NCBI GenBank assembly: GCA_963818475.1
Contig: CAWFSF010000006.1
Location: 256,001 to 320,000, forward strand
Length of the DNA: 64,000 bases
Direction: 5' to 3'
Source: Nitrospirota bacterium
GTDB lineage: Bacteria; Nitrospirota; UBA9217
Part shown: piece by piece, positions 60,332 through 64,000 of the stretch
Layout of the letters: every line of letters begins with the position of its first letter
Position numbering within the stretch: position 1 is the first letter of the stretch
Made by a program: the position numbers and the translations under genes
Notes under the pieces: generated by a model
Databases searched by the model: none
What the model saw: the letters and a program-made list of their open reading frames with translations, nothing else
What the model was told of the DNA's origin: nothing

Positions 60332-63052
60332 TTGTTTGCCCGTTTGATTCCGATTTTACTCGCTCCCTGATACCCGGCGCATACATGCTGAGTTCTTCTG
60401 AACCAAAAATGCGATACATCGGAGAATCAGGCTTTTCGCCTTGCTTGGATAGATTGGCATCTGGAATGTTTTGGAAGTAGGTTATTTCCGCGACGGTCTC
60501 CCCCCTCACCCCAGCCCTCTCCCGCGAGGGGAGAGGGGAAACTTGTCCCTCTCTTGATGGGAGGGATGAAGGGAGGGTGAGAGGTTCGATCAAGCGAATT
60601 CCCGTATCGCCGCCTTTCAAGCATCACCGCCGATCTCCTCCTGGTACTTGTTCAGCGCCTGGACCGAGTTCCACCCTGGAGACCAGTAGCGCGAAATAAG
60701 CGGGGCAGGCGGTTGGCCTTCGTATCCTTCCATGGAAAAAGACAAGCGGGGAATCAGCATCGTCGGCTGGTTTGGGTTCATGTACGCTGATGTTCGCGAG
60801 CATGGACGTCCTGCCGCTGTACCGGTGCGGCTGACGCGGTATCTTCTGTCCCGATATCCGAAAGTCAGCTGTCGGTGCAATGTCCAGGACAGGCTTGAAA
60901 ACAGGCAAAGAGGAAGCCATCTCCTCAATAACATCATCCAATGATCGTTTGCCCTCTCCCCCGAGGGAGAGGGTTGGGTGAGGGGGGCTTTCCCGATTGC
61001 TTGCATTATATCATCGATCCACTTCCAGCTTTCCTGAATGTCATGGTTCGGATCGAATACCTTATAGAACCGCTGTGCCCTGCCTTCATTATTCACCAGC
61101 GTCCCATGTGCCTCGGCAAATGTCGCAGCAGGCAGGGTTACATCCGCTTTTGATGAGGTTGGGTTGATCAGGTGATCGATAACGATGACGTTCTTTGCAT
61201 GGGATCAATGCTTCATCGACGATCTTTGCATCAGCCCTGCGATAGAGATCATTTTCGAGGATGATCAGCGTATCTGCCTTGACTGTCCTGCATGGTTTTG
61301 AATGCAGCATCTATATTCTTACCCTTCATGAGAGCGAGTCCCATGGTATTGCATTCAAGAGCTCGTGTAGCAGAGGTCGGCCTGCTTGCCAATCGAGCAA
61401 AGAGCCCATGCAACATTGGCTGCTGCCTCGATAACAGCCTGGTTCATGCATCCGGTGCCGCTCACGATGACCGGCCGCTGTGCGTTCTTGAGCGCGGAGG
61501 CGATCTCGCGTGCGAGAGGCATTCTATCGGTGTCCCCCCTCACCTCGAGTCCTCTCCCCCGATGGGAGAGGAGGGAGAGTGTCAGGTGCATCGGGATCCA
61601 GTTCATGTGCCACGGCAAAACCGAGTCTTGCGATGTCATCGTGCGCAGCTAGATAGGTCTTTGTTGCCACATCATCCAGTTTCGTCTTTTCACAGGACGC
61701 TATATAGAGCGGTGTTCTGATGTTCTGTCCTGCGTTCCTGACAGCATTATCATCCCAGACAGGAATCTTCATGGCTGCCGCAGCCTCGCGTTGTTTGTTC
61801 TGTGCCGCCTGACGAAGCGCGAGGGCGAGCATCGGGGCCGTGTTGGTCACATCCTCGCCAAGTATCAAGACCGCATCTGCTGACTGAACGTCATGGAGCG
61901 ACGGTATCCTGGCAGGACCTCTTTGAAGGATATCGATTATGAGTTCTGTTAGCCGGTGCTCTTTATCAGATACCCCTGAATAGAAATTATCCGGTCCCAC
62001 AAGGGTGCGAAGTGCGAAGTTGGATTCCAGCGAGGCCCGGGGAGAACCGATGCCGATCACGCCTTTGCTTTGAGAAAGCATGTCGGCTATGCGTTTGAGG
62101 GCTGTTACTTTTTCAACGGGTTGCTGCTTCCCCTCACCCCGTCCCTCTCCCTCAGGAGAGAGTAGTGCCCCTCCTAGGGAGGGGGAGAGGGTGACGTTGC
62201 AACAAGAGGTTTTCTGATCCTTTTTCCGCTGTTCACGAACTCATAACCGAACCTGCCGCGGTCGCAGAGGAAATAGCCGTTTACCTCATGGTTGTATCGG
62301 TTCAATATCCTGCGCAGCGTGCCGTATCGTTCGCCCGGGATCGTGTTGCATCCGATGCCGCAGTGAACGCAGATGGACGGCGCTGTCTGAAGGTCCCACT
62401 TTCGGGTGTAATGCTGTTTGAGCGTCTTGTCTGTAAAAACACCGGTGGGACAGACCTCTACCAGGTTCCCGCTGAACTCGCTTTCGAGCGCGCCCTCTTC
62501 ATGCCTGCCGAAATAGACGTTGTCATGGGACCCGAACACGTTAAAGTCGCGGCCGCCTGCATAATTACGATAGAACCTGACGCAGCGGTAGCACTGGATG
62601 CAGCGGTTCATCTCATGATTGATGAAGGGGCCGAGGTCCTGGTTTCGGTGCGTCCGTTTTTTGAACCGCGTCCTGCGGTAATTATGGCCGGTCATGACCG
62701 TCATGTCCTGGAGGTGGCACTCGCCGCCTTCGTCGCAGACCGGACAGTCATGCGGATGGTTCAGCATGAGCCATTCGATCACGCTCGACCGGAAGGCCCG
62801 CGCATCAGGATCGTCAATGGACAAACGCATGCCTTCCGCCACCGGGGTCATGCAGGACATGGTGATCCTGCCGCGCGTATCCTTGTCGTCTTTGAACACC
62901 TTGACCGCGCATTGACGGCATGCGCCCACGGAGTGCAGGGCAGGGTGCCAGCAGAAGTAGGGAAGGTCGAACCCCAGCGAGAGGCAGGCCTGGAGGAGGT
63001 TCTGGCCTTCTTTTACCTGATGGGGTTTATTGTCGATGTAGATCGTAAACAT
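60324..63052 (-). CDS. nuoG: NADH-quinone oxidoreductase subunit G (multiple frameshifts, palindromic insertions)
   Basis: [35 protein letters not shown]; later fragments [21 protein letters not shown]. Confidence 0.9.
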
Positions 63053-63072
63053 ACAAAACCTTTTACAGAATA

Positions 63073-63253
63073 TTTGACACGGATTTTCACGGATTTAAAC
63101 GCCGATAAGGGCGGATAAATGCAGAATCAAGCTGATTTGTTAAAAGACACGGCGAACTATTTTAAGTTTTTCTCCGAAATTGAGCGTTGTTTCAGCATGT
63201 ATCAAGTTGCTATCAGCCGTGATCATAATTAAATCCGCTCCTTCCGTGTCAAA
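63073..63253. repeat. MITE-like element with 11-bp TIR TTTGACACGGA between nuoF and nuoG
   Basis: Perfect inverted termini with internal 9-10 bp CACGGAT-like repeats; overlaps the nuoF stop codon. Confidence 0.75.
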
Positions 63254-64000
63254 GGATTTTCTCCCACGGGCATTTCTTCTCCCGTATATGCCTCTCAAAA
63301 TCTTCCCGGAAATACTTGATCGCGCTCTGAAGCGGCTCCACCGCGCCCGGCGCGAGCGCGCAGTAGGTGTTCCCGGGGCCGAGCAGCTTGCACTGCTGCG
63401 CAAGGATATCGATGTCTCCGGGTTCTCCCTCGCCGTTCTCGATCGCATGGAGCATTTTCTCGATCCACGGCAGGCCCTCGCGGCAGGGCGTGCACCAGCC
63501 GCAGGATTCGCGGCGGAAGAAAGTCTCAAGGTTATGCACAAAGCCGACGGGGCAGGTCTTGTCATCAAGCACGATCATGGTGCCGGTGCCCATGCGGCTG
63601 CCGGCCTTCATGACCGAGTCAAAGTCCATCTTCACGTCCAGATGTTCGGCAACCAGAAAATCGGTCGACGCGCCGCCGGGGATCACGCCGCGAAATTGAT
63701 AGCCATCCTGCATCCCGCCGGCATGTTCTTCCAGAAGTTCCCGGACCGTGACTCCTATGGGAAGTTCCCAGATTCCGGGTTTTTTCACCCTGCCGCTGAC
63801 GCCGTACAGCTTGGTGCCGGCGTCGGGACCCTTGCTCAATCCCTTGAACCAGTCCGGCCCGTTCTGAACAATATGCGGAATGTTCGCAATGGTCTCGGCA
63901 TTGTTCACGATCGTCGGCCTTCCCCAGAGGCCGCAGACCTGCGGGAAGGGCGGTTTGGAGCGCGGCGTGGCGCGCTTTCCTTCGAGGGCGTTCAAGAGCG
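63249..64000 (-). CDS. nuoF: NADH-quinone oxidoreductase subunit F, 3' part
   Basis: PTIVNNAET, ESCGWCTPCREG, YCALAPG. Confidence 0.95.
   Translation of the reverse strand, partial: LLNALEGKRATPRSKPPFPQVCGLWGRPTIVNNAETIANIPHIVQNGPDWFKGLSKGPDAGTKLYGVSGRVKKPGIWELPIGVTVRELLEEHAGGMQDGYQFRGVIPGGASTDFLVAEHLDVKMDFDSVMKAGSRMGTGTMIVLDDKTCPVGFVHNLETFFRRESCGWCTPCREGLPWIEKMLHAIENGEGEPGDIDILAQQCKLLGPGNTYCALAPGAVEPLQSAIKYFREDFERHIREKKCPWEKIL

Noticed and set aside
4635-63052. Many frameshifts (amylase, HD-GYP, lysE, glcD-like, tkt, nuoG/L/M/N and others) as pseudogenisation or programmed frameshifting
   Set aside because: They are single-base indels scattered through conserved genes whose motifs are otherwise intact. 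Uncorrected long-read errors are the simplest explanation; short-read polishing would settle it.

Overview
A 64 kb bacterial chromosome segment. Gene content suggests a Nitrospirota/Desulfobacterota-like organism (inference). Many conserved genes carry single-base frameshifts that are most likely long-read assembly errors. Layout: (1) 1-4.3 kb, a PAPS/sulfation module (sulfotransferase, cysQ, sat-cysC with a degenerate sulfurylase site, ChrA-family transporter). (2) 4.6-24 kb, a co-oriented accessory array of whole and truncated genes separated by short hairpin sites (TGYCAA-N10-12-TGACCCY and AACAAYGTCCC). Three apparently identical 1913-bp group II introns sit at the same position (TGACC^C) of these sites, and the intron's putative EBS1 (GGTCAA) is complementary to that position. 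A fourth 3'-end remnant is followed by the same exon start. (3) 24-36 kb, a c-di-GMP signalling cluster (heme-c DGC, HD-GYP, MshEN, PilZ) bracketed by duplicated gene fragments, plus a TA pair. (4) 36-52 kb, housekeeping and signalling genes. (5) 52-64 kb, a nuoF-N operon whose gene junctions and nuoG coding sequence are colonised by small repeat elements, including a GxxExxY nuclease gene inside perfect 28-bp inverted repeats and a DUF559 nuclease gene inside palindromic inverted repeats. The best candidates for an undescribed system are the hairpin-site cassette array with its site-specific intron, and the nuclease-plus-MITE families.
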